NCBI GenBank assembly: GCA_017453725.1
Contig: JAFTEJ010000004.1
Coordinates: 711-64,710 of the forward strand
DNA length: 64,000 bases
Source: Clostridia bacterium
Lineage (GTDB): Bacteria > Bacillota > Clostridia > Oscillospirales > RGIG8002
Direction of reading: 5' to 3'
Shown here: positions 37,711-47,490 of the stretch, piece by piece
How the letters are laid out: each line of letters opens with the position of its first letter
Numbering within the stretch: the first letter of the stretch is position 1
Notes under the pieces: generated by a model
Databases searched by the model: none
What the model was told of the DNA's origin: nothing
Seen by the model: only the letters and a program-made list of their open reading frames with translations
Translations under genes and position numbers: made by a program

Positions 37711-37752
37711 ATCAACCACCTTACAAGAAGCTATCCGGATGTCAGAGCAAGA

Positions 37753-38499
37753 CTACTCACACCTGCCGTAGATATCGCAGGCTTTATGTATACAGTCGCG
37801 GAGTACAGCGAAATCTTCGTCGGAAATGTTATCGGGCTTGAATGTCGAATCGTGGATCGAACCGCCGGTGACCACCTCAAAGAAGGCGCCGCCGGCAAGA
37901 TACTGCCCCTTGGAGTTAGCGTGGAACCCGTCCTCGCATAGGGTATCGCCGATGGAGGACGCTCTCGCAAGCTGGAACGCCTCGCCGGACGGAACGATAT
38001 GCTTTGCGCCTATCGCGTCTGCGGCGAGATAATACGCTTCCTTGATGCACTTGAACATATAATCCTGATCGCAGTTGAAATCAGGAAAATGCTCGTGGGT
38101 CGAGTCGTGCTGATACGCCCATGTCTGATGAATGATTATTTCGGCGTTCGGAACACGCTTGTGGACATAGTTGTATACGTAATCCAGAAACGGCTGGTAC
38201 GTATTGAAATTTCCGGCAAGACCGCTGACCTGCTGTATGGAAATATGCGTCCAGTCGTCGCTTTCGAGCGCGGTGTTTATATCGCAGGAGCCGTTGCTCT
38301 TTCTGCGGGTGTGCTCGTATCCGTAAACCTCGGCGCCCGCCTCGAAAAAGTTCTTGTGCATTTCCAGACTGCACCCGCCGTAGCAAAGATCGCCCACCTT
38401 AAGCTTCATCGGACTGCTGTCCGCTATGCTCTGCAGGTATGTGTAAGCGTTCCAGGAAAAGCTGTTTCCGATCATCAAAAGTTTTCTTTCTCTCATCAT
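37753..38499 (-). CDS. SGNH-like hydrolase, DUF4886-like
   Basis: 248 aa. N-terminal LLMIGNSFSWNAYTYL (a GDSL/SGNH block-I-like Ser) and C-terminal EDGFHANSKGQYLAGGAFFE (D-x-x-H block), as I recall for DUF4886. There is no signal peptide. Confidence 0.55.
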   Translation of the reverse strand: MMRERKLLMIGNSFSWNAYTYLQSIADSSPMKLKVGDLCYGGCSLEMHKNFFEAGAEVYGYEHTRRKSNGSCDINTALESDDWTHISIQQVSGLAGNFNTYQPFLDYVYNYVHKRVPNAEIIIHQTWAYQHDSTHEHFPDFNCDQDYMFKCIKEAYYLAADAIGAKHIVPSGEAFQLARASSIGDTLCEDGFHANSKGQYLAGGAFFEVVTGGSIHDSTFKPDNISDEDFAVLRDCIHKACDIYGRCE

Positions 38500-38550
38500 T
38501 TGCCCCCATTAAGACATCTTTTCGCATAGTTATACTCCTATACATTGTTT

Positions 38551-38579
38551 ATTATATCACGACGCCCGTCGATAATCAA
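38551..38579 (-). promoter_or_regulatory. candidate sigma-A promoter heading the long minus-strand block
   Basis: On the minus strand: TTGATT (38579-38574), a 17-nt spacer, TATAAT (38556-38551), about 50 nt upstream of the 38499 start. Confidence 0.45.
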
Positions 38580-38667
38580 GCATATATTTGCAGTTTTTTC
38601 AAAAAACGCTCCGCAAATAACCGCCGCCGGAGCGGTTGCGAAAAACGCCGCCTCACCGGGCACGATA

Positions 38668-38700
38668 CGAAAAGAAAACGCCCCGGTCCGAAACGACCGG
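38668..38700 (-). terminator. terminator after the giant glucan-synthase-like gene
   Basis: CCGGTC/GACCGG stem (38683-38700). On the minus strand it is followed by GGGGCGTTTTCTTTTCG. Confidence 0.5.
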
Positions 38701-38722
38701 AGCGCCCGCTTTTACAATTGGC

Positions 38723-41700
38723 TCAATACTCAACCTCGACCCGCTTCTCACCGCCGTCAAGAGAAACATATTCCACGTCTCTCCCGTCGACGCGTACGCC
38801 GGAACGCCCGGTACGGCGGGCGGTAATGCTCAATCTTGTGCCGTCAAGCACGGCGCTGATCTCAAAATCCCGCCATGATGACGGAACGGATGGAGCGATA
38901 TAAAGCTTTTTGCCGCGTTTTTTCAAACCGAGAAGCTCTTCAACGGCCACGCGAAAGTACCATCCGGCGGCGCCGGTATAGATAGTCCATCCTCCCCTGC
39001 CCGCCGCCTGACGCGCCGTGTAGATGTCGGCGGAAAGGAAATACGGCTCCGTCTTATAGGCTTTTTCAAAAGAGTGCGTCACAGGGCTTATCATCCCGAG
39101 AATATCGAAGCCGTCGTCGACTCTGCCGAGCCTCAGCGCCGCGGACGCAAGCCACACGGCGGCGTGGGTGTACTGCCCGCCGTTTTCTCGTATTCCGGCC
39201 GGATAGCGCTTTATATAGCCGATATTCTTCTTCACCGACTGATACGGCGGAGTAAACAGCTTGACGATGTTCCTTTCCTTATCGACGAGGTGTTTCATAG
39301 CGGTATCAACGGCGAGCTCCGCGCGGTCGCGCCGCAGACCGGCGAAGACGGAAAAACTCTGCGGCAGACTGTCGACGCAGCACTCGGAGCAGCCGGCGGC
39401 GCCGAGCGCTTCGCCGTCGTCGTGGTAGCCGCGAATATAACGATCGCTGTCCCAGCACTTTTCAAGAGCCTCCTTCAGAGAAGCGCACCTTTCTCGCAGA
39501 GTCTGAGCGAAAACACGGTCTCCCGTCGATTCCGCGACAGCGATAAATCTATCCATTACAACGCAAGCGAACATCGACAGCCACACGCTTTCTCCCTTGC
39601 CCTTTACTCCTACTCCGTTCATCCCGTCGTTCCAGTCTCCGGAGCCGAATAATAGCAATCCGTGCCGCCCGACCCTGTAGCCTCTGTTTAAGGCACGCTT
39701 ACAGTGTTCATAAACGCTCGCAAATCCGGAAACAACAGGCGAGATATATCTCTCGGTCTCGCCGGATAAAAGATTGTCACCCGATATGAAGTTGACGTTT
39801 TTCGAGAGTATTTCGTTATCATCCGTTACCGAAACATACTCGCATACGGCGTAAGGAAGCCAAAACAGATCGTCAGAGCAGCGCGTTCTGACGCCCTTGA
39901 ATCCCCCGGAAACACCCGGCGGCTTATGCCACCAGTGCAGCACGTCCCCTTCCTCAAATTGAGCGGACGCGGCTTTCAGGATATGGTATTTAGCGAGATC
40001 CGGATCGGAATACAAAAGCGCGCAGACGTCCTGAAGCTGATCCCTGAATCCGTACGCACCGGAGTTCTGAGAAAAACCGGTGCGCCCCAGAACCCTCGAA
40101 ACCTTCGCCTGATACGGAAGGTAAAAGTTGATAAGCCTGTCGAGATTTTCCGAAGGAGTTCTGATACGGATGGCGGACTCCTCCGCGTTGGCGGTATCCC
40201 GGCAGAGCGCCGGGTTTGCCGAAAACAGCCTGTGCGGATACGCGGCGCCCCTTTCGCTCAAGCCCGCGGAGAGGAAAAAGAACACTTCCTTCTTTTCTCC
40301 GGCGTCAAGCGCCACGTCGGTAACGGCCGCGGCGCAGTACTGTTCGCCCGGCGCTCTTTCCGCCTCCCACATGCCCGAAAAGAAGCTGTCTTTCCCCGTC
40401 ACGTAAACCGCGTCGCAGGAGCAGGAAAGGCATGAACGCGTACCGCCGCGGCCGTCTCTGTATCTGTTGACGGCGAACAGCAAGCCCTCGCTTTCATACG
40501 CGTACGTCATATTCTGCGACGAGGAGTCAGGCAGCGGCTCGGTATAGTAAGCAAGCCTGAGTCCGACGCGCTTTTCGGAACGGTTGCGCAGAGACACCCT
40601 CACGATTTTCACAGGAAGCTTACCGTGGACTCTGACCTCCGTTTCAGATTCAACCGCCCCGTTTTTGACATGGTATTCCGCGTACCCTTTCCCGAAACGC
40701 GCAAGGCTCCCCCGTATCAGATCCCTGTATTCCCCGTCAAACTCCGCGTAAAGCCTTTCGCCGCGGTTGTCGCTCATATAATCGTTGCTCCACGGCGTAA
40801 TCTGATTCAGCCTCGAATTTAGGTAGTAGCTGAATCCGAGCGACGAGTCGGAAACGAGCGTACCGAAAGATCTGTTCGCGAGCGGAAAACACCACGGGAG
40901 CGGACTGCTGCTTTTTTCCGAAACGGCAACGAAAGCGTCCTTTTCAAACGCACCGCCCGGAACGTATGATTCAGCACTCACCGTTTCCGCAAGCGGCTCT
41001 CCGGGAATGACCTCAAATGCTTTCGCAGCGCCCCGTTCCCCTTCGTTTTTCGTCCCGCATATCTCGCAGTATACGCTTGCCGCGATCAGCAGTTTGATTC
41101 TGTCTTCGCCGTACTTTTCCGCGTCTATCAGATACACACCGCTCTCTCCGCGTTTCATAAGCGCCTTCAAGGAAGAACATATACCGGCGTCATAAGCGCC
41201 GCCCTCGCGGAAAATAACGCACAGGTCGTATTCCGCTCCTTTGACGGCCGCGGCGCGGTGAGCGACAATATGACTTCGCGCGCGTTCGATATCGCATTCA
41301 CCGGCAATTACGCAGGTAACGATAGGTTTATCGCCTGATACCGACATGCTCCAGAGTTCATTTACGCCGAGCGCGTTTGTTTTAACGGCTTCGGCGGTCG
41401 GGATGGTTTTAGGACACTCAAAATACAGGCGCGGAATTATGGAATTGAGAAGTCTGTTCTCCTCCGCTCCGCAATTGATCGACGCCGACATATTCCCCGC
41501 CGTTTCCCACGAAGACTTCATCATACCGTACGCGCTCTGCTTCCTGATAAGCATAAAACGCGCGAGCGCCTCGTCGCAATTCCTTCCCGCGCACTGAATG
41601 AAAACGGCGGTTTTGTTTTCGCCTCCGCGAAGTGAAAACCTTGTCCTGATCGCGGCGCATGGTATCACCGGAGTGCCGCAGGACGACGAAAACTCCTTAT

Positions 41701-44700
41701 CAAAAGCGCCTCCGAGCGAAAACACACCCTCCGCCTTATTCAGCACCTCGCTTCTGTCGGTCTCAAAACCGAACGCGATACCGGCGTCCGCGAATCCGTA
41801 AGCGACGCACGCCTCCTGCCCGACGTCTCCCCGCCTCCACACAAGAAGGCACCTCTCCGCTTCTCTGTATTCGCACATAATGAACAAGTCCGAAAACGCC
41901 GGGTGCGCGGAATGGTCTTTGAAATGCGCAAGCACGGGCTCCGCATAAAACAGCACCTCCGCGTCTTTCCTGCGGCGCTCTGTGTTTCCGATTTTCACAA
42001 CGCGTATCTCCGCGGGTATCCGACCGTGCACGCTGACGCTCATAGCGGCTTCAAGCCCGCCTTGCACGGCGGTAAAAACCGCGGACGCAGCCGTAAACTC
42101 AGCTCTTCTTAAAGCGCTGCCGCGGACCGGGTCCGCCGTGACGGAAAACGCCGGCTTCTTCTCCTCCTTCAGAAAAACGTAAACGCCGGCCGGATCGGTG
42201 CGCAAATCGCGCTTGCGCCTGCTCAGATCGATGCAGTTCCACATCGAAAAGCCGCTACCGCCGTCTGTTATGACGGTCGAAAACTCACCGTTTGAAAGAA
42301 GAAGCGCGCGCGGGTACGCGGGATCGAACTCGCGGCAGACCGTGCCTTCCTCGGGAAGCCTCCTCGTCTTGAATTTCACATCGGTCGTCACTACGCCTTT
42401 ATACAGCGCCGCCCCGTCGTAAACCGCTTCTTCAAGCAGTTTCTGCGCCGTTCGCATGTCGGCGTCTCTTATGAAGCGCTTTTGCATAACGTTGTCAAGC
42501 AGACAGTTTACTATTGAGACGAGCGACATCCCCATATGGTGAGCCATATAGCTTTTAACTACCGCGAATCCGCCTCCGGTGCGCGACGCCGTAAAGTCGA
42601 TAGCCTCGTACAGACCGAACTCTCCGTTAATGCCGAGATTGATAAGCCTTCTCAGGTTGGCGATCGCGCCGGCGGGCGCGAACGGCAGCGCGAGAAAGGT
42701 CGAATACGGCGAAACGACCAGCTCGTCATCCAGCCCGCGCTTCAACCCCAGCTTCTGCACACCGAAGGCCTTGTACCGGTAGTTCTGACCTATATCCAAA
42801 GAGCAGAACCCGCTTTCCGAAACTCCCCACGGCAGCTTCAAGGGATCCGTTCGCTTTTTCTGGCAATACAGCGCGTATTTCAGCGCTTCATCTGTAAGCG
42901 AATCGGAAACCACCGGAAGAAGCAGATGCGGCATAAAATACTCAAACATCGTGCCGGTCCAGGATAGCGGTCCGACGTAGCCGTTTGAGCCCGCGAACAG
43001 TCTGCCGAGCGTTCCCCAGTGTCGTTTATCCGCAACCTTTTTTGCTATCGCGTAATAGCTCGTCATTCTCGCTTCGCTCATCAGAATATCATACATATTG
43101 TTTCCGAAGGAGCCGCTCGAAACGTCATATCCGATATAAAACAGCCTCCGGCGCTCGTTATACAGCGCCGAAAGATCCGCATTGTTGAGTATTTCCCGGC
43201 AGGCTTCCGCGACCTCCTTCAGTCCGGCGCATTCCCATGCGTATTCCGCTACGCCTTCCTTCAGCGCCGTAAGGCAGCACAAAAGATTTCCGCTGTCAAC
43301 TGTTGAAACGTATTCAGGCTCAAGCGGCGCAAGAGTCTTCAGGTCGTACCAGTTATAAAGATTCCCGTTCCACGTATCGAGCTTTTTAATAACGGCAATC
43401 GAATCGGAAAGCCGCGCGCAAAGCTCGGCGCTGTCTATAAATCCGAGATCTCTCGCGGCAAGCGCGCATATAAGATATAGCCCGATATTCGTCGGCGACG
43501 TGCGCATCGCGACCCGATACGGCATATATTGCACGTTATCGGGCGGCAGATGATTCGTCTCAGCGGTCACGTAATTATCAAAAAAACGCCACATAGAAGC
43601 CGCAAAAGAGTATAACAGTTCCTCGTCATCCTCATCAAGCGAGGCTTTTTTGCCGACATAAGGGCGGGACATTTCGCAGAAAACCGCCGGCGCTATGACC
43701 CACAACGCGCCGAGCACAGCGAGAGACAGTATCCCGCTGAACAAACAAGCGACCCCGAGCACCGCCGTGAAGCGAAAATACAGATAGTAATCCGTTACCG
43801 AGTTTTTCCCGGCGTTTTCCGCCTCCGCCGCCGTCACCCATTCGAGCATATTGCGGCGCGTCACCAGCACGCGCCACACAACCTTGCAAAGCTCAATAAA
43901 GGAAACCGCCGCGAGCTGCGGGAGCAGCATAACGTTCACCGCGATTCTCAGACATCCGCCGAGAAACGCGGTAACGCCGCGCGTTATATACCTCCTGAAC
44001 ACAATACGCGGCTTGAAGAGGCTCCTGACCGTCGCGACGGTCTCGCCGGCCGAAGCGGACGCGAGAACAAGAGCCAAAAGCGGCAGCCGGTAACCGCCCG
44101 TAGCGAACGCACACGCCGCAGCTGACGCAAAAACAAAAACGGGATTGAGCGCACGTCTGATATTATCAAACAGCTTGAACCTGTCGGAATAAGAGAAGGC
44201 GTTCTTCACGACCTTCCCGTTTGCGTTTTTCCTCTTCTCGCGCAGGAAGAAAGCGTTCTGATAATCGCCTCTTATCCAGCGCCCCTGTCGTACCAGCCAC
44301 GCCTTCACAGTCGTCGGGAAGGAATCGGAAAGCTCCGTTTCGGAAACCGAACAGGCTCGGAGCACGCACCCTTCGATAATATCGTGACTGAGAACGCGGT
44401 TATCCGGCAGCGCCCCGTCAAGGACTGCCGAAAAAGCCTTCACGTCTATCAGCCCCTTGCCGGTAAAAAGCCCGTCGCCGAAAACGTCGCGGTAAAGATC
44501 GGCGCCCGCGCCGCCGTAGCTGTGCAGCCCTCCGGCGCCGGCGAAAACGCGCGAAAACAAGCTCCGCGATGATGATTCGATATCGTTCGTCAGCCTCGGA
44601 ACCGCTATTCCGTAACCGCGCACGACAGCGCCTCCCTCAACTACAGCCTTATTCATCGGATGCTCGAGGACCGCTGTCAGTTCGGCGGCGGCGTTTATCG

Positions 44701-46159
44701 AAAGCGTAGTGTCCGCGTCGAGCGCGAGCAGGTAATCGCTGCCGACGACGCCTCTCAGGTCGCCCGTAATCGAAGCAAAATCGCATTCGCCGGTATTCAT
44801 ATACCTGATAAGCTCGTTTATCGCTCCCCTTTTGCGCTCTCGCCCCATATATTTGCCTTCGCTTGCCGAAAAGCTCCTCTTGCGCACCAACGCGAAGAAG
44901 CCCCCGCCGAACTCGTCGTTGAGCTTCCGTATCTCTTTTTCAAGTACAGAAAGAAGATGAGCGTCCTCGGGCTTTGACAGAGTATCGCTCTCCTTAAAAT
45001 CAGCCAGAAGACCGCACCGCTCCACCCTTCCCGAAAGCCTCACCTGCGTCAGGTTTTTGGCAAGCTTTTTGATCTGATCCGAAGACGTTATAAGACAAGA
45101 AATCGCGACAGTCGCGCATGTATCCGGAGACAGCTTCGCGGGGTCGAGCGAGCAAACGAATCTTCTTTTCACAACAGCGGAGGCGATGTTTTCCTGCACC
45201 GCGTACCATAAGCTCCATAACGGAACCGCCGTCAGCGCCGAAAGCATCACATTACCCGTCAGAACCGCAATAAGCGCGAACAAGACGAGCGGCGCCGAAT
45301 AGTAGAACGCCGGAAATAATTTCCCGACGCTCTTTTTATGCTCGGGGATGATATATTTTCCTATGTGCTTATCGAAGCGCGTCCCGCCCGCGTTTTCCGC
45401 GCTTTTCAGAGCTCTTTCAGCAAACTCCGCTTCGCTTATCCCATCACGTCGCGCGCCGAGTTCGACGCAATACCTGTAATACCTTTTCGTTTCCTCGCTC
45501 ATATCCGGATAAACGCCGGATGGATCGCGCGTCAGAAGCGCCTCAGAAACGCTCAGCCTCTCTATGCACAGCGACATATCGGCACCGGACATAACGCGCA
45601 GAGTTCCGATAAGCCGCGACATTTTTCCGGCGTCGCCTCCGGACTCGGATTCGATACTTTCACACTCCTTCGCCAGCGCGTCGACGACCGCCGCCGTAAG
45701 CATATCCTTGAATACCGAAAGCTCGGTGTTTGAAAGCGTATACCCCTCCTGGACGCCCGACAGGAAGGCTTCAAGTTTCTCGGCATCCACCGCGCCGACC
45801 TCGGTTAACAAAGCGCGAGCGATACAGTAAACAATCGGCATTTTATCGGGAGACGCCGGGAGCCTTTGCTTGCTCTTCAGTCCTGCCGCCGCCGTCCTGC
45901 CTTCTCTGTCGATCATGTAATAGTTATCACAAAGCCATTCACGCGCAGCGGCGTTTTTTGATGGCGGGAGCGCGGCGAGAGAAGCCTTCTTGCAGGCCGC
46001 TTCAATGCGTTTCATATTATTTGAAATCGACTTTATAACAGCGCGAGTTCCGACAGTCACGCCCTCGGCTTTGATAATACACAGCTTTTTTCCCGCAGTA
46101 TAAACACCGCTGTAATCCATTTTTCTCAACACGCTCCGTATCCGTTCAGAATCACTCAA
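38723..46159 (-). CDS. 2478-aa cyclic beta-1,2-glucan synthase-like protein (membrane GT domain + glucoamylase-like linker + GH94-like phosphorylase domain)
   Basis: The listed TTG start at 46159 lacks an RBS; an alternative ATG is at 46120. GT motifs LALDADTTL and RQGRWIRGD are flanked by hydrophobic segments. The mid-region carries MRTSPTNIGLYL. C-terminal GH94-type motifs: DVLHWWH, GSGDWNDGMN, GGQYTHAAVW. Confidence 0.8.
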   Translation of the reverse strand: MSDSERIRSVLRKMDYSGVYTAGKKLCIIKAEGVTVGTRAVIKSISNNMKRIEAACKKASLAALPPSKNAAAREWLCDNYYMIDREGRTAAAGLKSKQRLPASPDKMPIVYCIARALLTEVGAVDAEKLEAFLSGVQEGYTLSNTELSVFKDMLTAAVVDALAKECESIESESGGDAGKMSRLIGTLRVMSGADMSLCIERLSVSEALLTRDPSGVYPDMSEETKRYYRYCVELGARRDGISEAEFAERALKSAENAGGTRFDKHIGKYIIPEHKKSVGKLFPAFYYSAPLVLFALIAVLTGNVMLSALTAVPLWSLWYAVQENIASAVVKRRFVCSLDPAKLSPDTCATVAISCLITSSDQIKKLAKNLTQVRLSGRVERCGLLADFKESDTLSKPEDAHLLSVLEKEIRKLNDEFGGGFFALVRKRSFSASEGKYMGRERKRGAINELIRYMNTGECDFASITGDLRGVVGSDYLLALDADTTLSINAAAELTAVLEHPMNKAVVEGGAVVRGYGIAVPRLTNDIESSSRSLFSRVFAGAGGLHSYGGAGADLYRDVFGDGLFTGKGLIDVKAFSAVLDGALPDNRVLSHDIIEGCVLRACSVSETELSDSFPTTVKAWLVRQGRWIRGDYQNAFFLREKRKNANGKVVKNAFSYSDRFKLFDNIRRALNPVFVFASAAACAFATGGYRLPLLALVLASASAGETVATVRSLFKPRIVFRRYITRGVTAFLGGCLRIAVNVMLLPQLAAVSFIELCKVVWRVLVTRRNMLEWVTAAEAENAGKNSVTDYYLYFRFTAVLGVACLFSGILSLAVLGALWVIAPAVFCEMSRPYVGKKASLDEDDEELLYSFAASMWRFFDNYVTAETNHLPPDNVQYMPYRVAMRTSPTNIGLYLICALAARDLGFIDSAELCARLSDSIAVIKKLDTWNGNLYNWYDLKTLAPLEPEYVSTVDSGNLLCCLTALKEGVAEYAWECAGLKEVAEACREILNNADLSALYNERRRLFYIGYDVSSGSFGNNMYDILMSEARMTSYYAIAKKVADKRHWGTLGRLFAGSNGYVGPLSWTGTMFEYFMPHLLLPVVSDSLTDEALKYALYCQKKRTDPLKLPWGVSESGFCSLDIGQNYRYKAFGVQKLGLKRGLDDELVVSPYSTFLALPFAPAGAIANLRRLINLGINGEFGLYEAIDFTASRTGGGFAVVKSYMAHHMGMSLVSIVNCLLDNVMQKRFIRDADMRTAQKLLEEAVYDGAALYKGVVTTDVKFKTRRLPEEGTVCREFDPAYPRALLLSNGEFSTVITDGGSGFSMWNCIDLSRRKRDLRTDPAGVYVFLKEEKKPAFSVTADPVRGSALRRAEFTAASAVFTAVQGGLEAAMSVSVHGRIPAEIRVVKIGNTERRRKDAEVLFYAEPVLAHFKDHSAHPAFSDLFIMCEYREAERCLLVWRRGDVGQEACVAYGFADAGIAFGFETDRSEVLNKAEGVFSLGGAFDKEFSSSCGTPVIPCAAIRTRFSLRGGENKTAVFIQCAGRNCDEALARFMLIRKQSAYGMMKSSWETAGNMSASINCGAEENRLLNSIIPRLYFECPKTIPTAEAVKTNALGVNELWSMSVSGDKPIVTCVIAGECDIERARSHIVAHRAAAVKGAEYDLCVIFREGGAYDAGICSSLKALMKRGESGVYLIDAEKYGEDRIKLLIAASVYCEICGTKNEGERGAAKAFEVIPGEPLAETVSAESYVPGGAFEKDAFVAVSEKSSSPLPWCFPLANRSFGTLVSDSSLGFSYYLNSRLNQITPWSNDYMSDNRGERLYAEFDGEYRDLIRGSLARFGKGYAEYHVKNGAVESETEVRVHGKLPVKIVRVSLRNRSEKRVGLRLAYYTEPLPDSSSQNMTYAYESEGLLFAVNRYRDGRGGTRSCLSCSCDAVYVTGKDSFFSGMWEAERAPGEQYCAAAVTDVALDAGEKKEVFFFLSAGLSERGAAYPHRLFSANPALCRDTANAEESAIRIRTPSENLDRLINFYLPYQAKVSRVLGRTGFSQNSGAYGFRDQLQDVCALLYSDPDLAKYHILKAASAQFEEGDVLHWWHKPPGVSGGFKGVRTRCSDDLFWLPYAVCEYVSVTDDNEILSKNVNFISGDNLLSGETERYISPVVSGFASVYEHCKRALNRGYRVGRHGLLLFGSGDWNDGMNGVGVKGKGESVWLSMFACVVMDRFIAVAESTGDRVFAQTLRERCASLKEALEKCWDSDRYIRGYHDDGEALGAAGCSECCVDSLPQSFSVFAGLRRDRAELAVDTAMKHLVDKERNIVKLFTPPYQSVKKNIGYIKRYPAGIRENGGQYTHAAVWLASAALRLGRVDDGFDILGMISPVTHSFEKAYKTEPYFLSADIYTARQAAGRGGWTIYTGAAGWYFRVAVEELLGLKKRGKKLYIAPSVPSSWRDFEISAVLDGTRLSITARRTGRSGVRVDGRDVEYVSLDGGEKRVEVEY

Positions 46160-46248
46160 ACAGAGAGTTATGCATTGAGATTATTTTGTGAAATAATCGC
46201 CGAATAATACCGATGTTCGTAAGCGAAGGAAAAGAAGACAGAATTCTA

Positions 46249-46277
46249 TTGACATATTTTCGCAAAAAGTGTATAAT
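46249..46277 (+). promoter_or_regulatory. near-consensus sigma-A promoter of the SPT-like/SDR operon
   Basis: TTGACA (46249-46254), a 17-nt spacer ending in TG, TATAAT (46272-46277), 28 nt upstream of the ATG at 46306. Confidence 0.6.
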
Positions 46278-46305
46278 CAACGCATAAATTCACGGAGGTC
46301 ACGCT

Positions 46306-47490
46306 ATGCCGTTATTCAAAAAGTGCAGGGATTTCCATTTAGTCAAAGACATCAAGGAGATGGGCATATACCCTTACTTCCACGAGCTCGAATCAAAGCA
46401 GGATATCGAAGTAATGATGGAAGGCAAGCGCCGTATTATGCTCGGTTCCAACAACTACCTCGGACTCACCGTACATCCCGAGGTCATAGAGGCGGGCGTA
46501 AAAGCACTTGAAAAATACGGCTCCGGATGCTCCGGTTCCCGCTTCCTGAACGGCACCCTCGATTTGCACAATCAGCTCGAACGCGCTCTCGCCGAGTTCA
46601 TCGGCAAGGAGGAGTGCGTCACTTTCTCCACCGGGTTCCAGTCCAATCTCGGCATTATTTCCGCGATCGCCGGCAAGGGCGACTACATATTCAACGACCG
46701 CGAAAACCACGCCAGCATTTACGACGCCTGCAAGCTCAGCTACGCCGAGACGATCAGATACAAGCACAACGACATGGCGAGTCTCGAGAAGAAGCTCAGC
46801 GAAGTCCCGCTTGAAGCAGGAAAGCTGATCGTTACCGACGGCGTTTTCAGCATGAGCGGAGATATGTGCAAGCTCCCGGAGATCGTTGCGCTCGCCGAAA
46901 AATACAAGGCCCGCGTTATGGTCGACGACGCGCACGGACTCGGCGTTATCGGCGAAGGCGGCCGCGGCACGGCGAGCTACTTCGGACTTACGGACAAGGT
47001 CGATATTATTATGGGCACGTTCAGCAAATCGCTGGCGAGCCTCGGCGGATATATGGCGGCAAGCAGCGAGGTCTGCGAATTCGTAAGACACAGCTCCCGC
47101 CCCTTCATTTTCAGCGCGTCCATACCCCCGGCGTGCTGCGCGACAGCGATAAAGGCGCTTGAAATAATGAAGCGCGAGCCCGAACGCGTCAAGCGCCTCG
47201 GCGACCTCGCGGAGTATCTTCGCAACGGTATGAAGAAGCGCGGCCTTGCGATACGCGACGCGGACAACAAGCGCGTACCGATAGTCCCCTTCTACACCTA
47301 TGAACAGATCCGCACGCTGACGATAGGCAAGATACTCTTCGACGAGGGCGTTTACGTCAACCCCGTTCTGCCGCCGGCGACAACTCCCACGGAGTGTCTG
47401 CTCCGCACCAGCCTTATGGCGACGCATAACGAGGAGATAATCGACGAAGCGCTCGATATTATAAAGAGAGTGGTCGAAGAAAATGAGTAA
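46306..47490 (+). CDS. alpha-oxoamine synthase, serine-palmitoyltransferase-like (PLP-dependent)
   Basis: 394 aa. Motifs IYPYFHELES, LGSNNYLGL, GSRFLNGT, DGVFSMSGD, PLP-lysine motif GTFSKSLASLGGY, and a C-terminal YVNPVLPPATTPTECLLRTSLMATHN that is closer to SPT than to Kbl/BioF as I remember them. Confidence 0.8.
   Translation: MPLFKKCRDFHLVKDIKEMGIYPYFHELESKQDIEVMMEGKRRIMLGSNNYLGLTVHPEVIEAGVKALEKYGSGCSGSRFLNGTLDLHNQLERALAEFIGKEECVTFSTGFQSNLGIISAIAGKGDYIFNDRENHASIYDACKLSYAETIRYKHNDMASLEKKLSEVPLEAGKLIVTDGVFSMSGDMCKLPEIVALAEKYKARVMVDDAHGLGVIGEGGRGTASYFGLTDKVDIIMGTFSKSLASLGGYMAASSEVCEFVRHSSRPFIFSASIPPACCATAIKALEIMKREPERVKRLGDLAEYLRNGMKKRGLAIRDADNKRVPIVPFYTYEQIRTLTIGKILFDEGVYVNPVLPPATTPTECLLRTSLMATHNEEIIDEALDIIKRVVEENE

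Noticed and set aside
12834-37941. Many long plus-strand ORFs inside the giant minus-strand genes (for example 15369..16220, 17568..18884, 19710..21188, 22261..24153, 24895..25968, 36940..37941).
   Set aside because: They are antisense shadows of well-supported, motif-rich minus-strand genes in GC-rich DNA. Their translations are low-complexity (R/G/A/V-rich) with no recognisable motifs, RBSs or signal peptides.
38439-38903. Short plus-strand ORFs (38439..38903, 38545..38826, 38636..38878) in the gap between the DUF4886-like gene and the glucan-synthase-like gene.
   Set aside because: They run across a promoter, two hairpins and the 3' end of the giant gene. Their translations are R/P/S-rich with no RBS.
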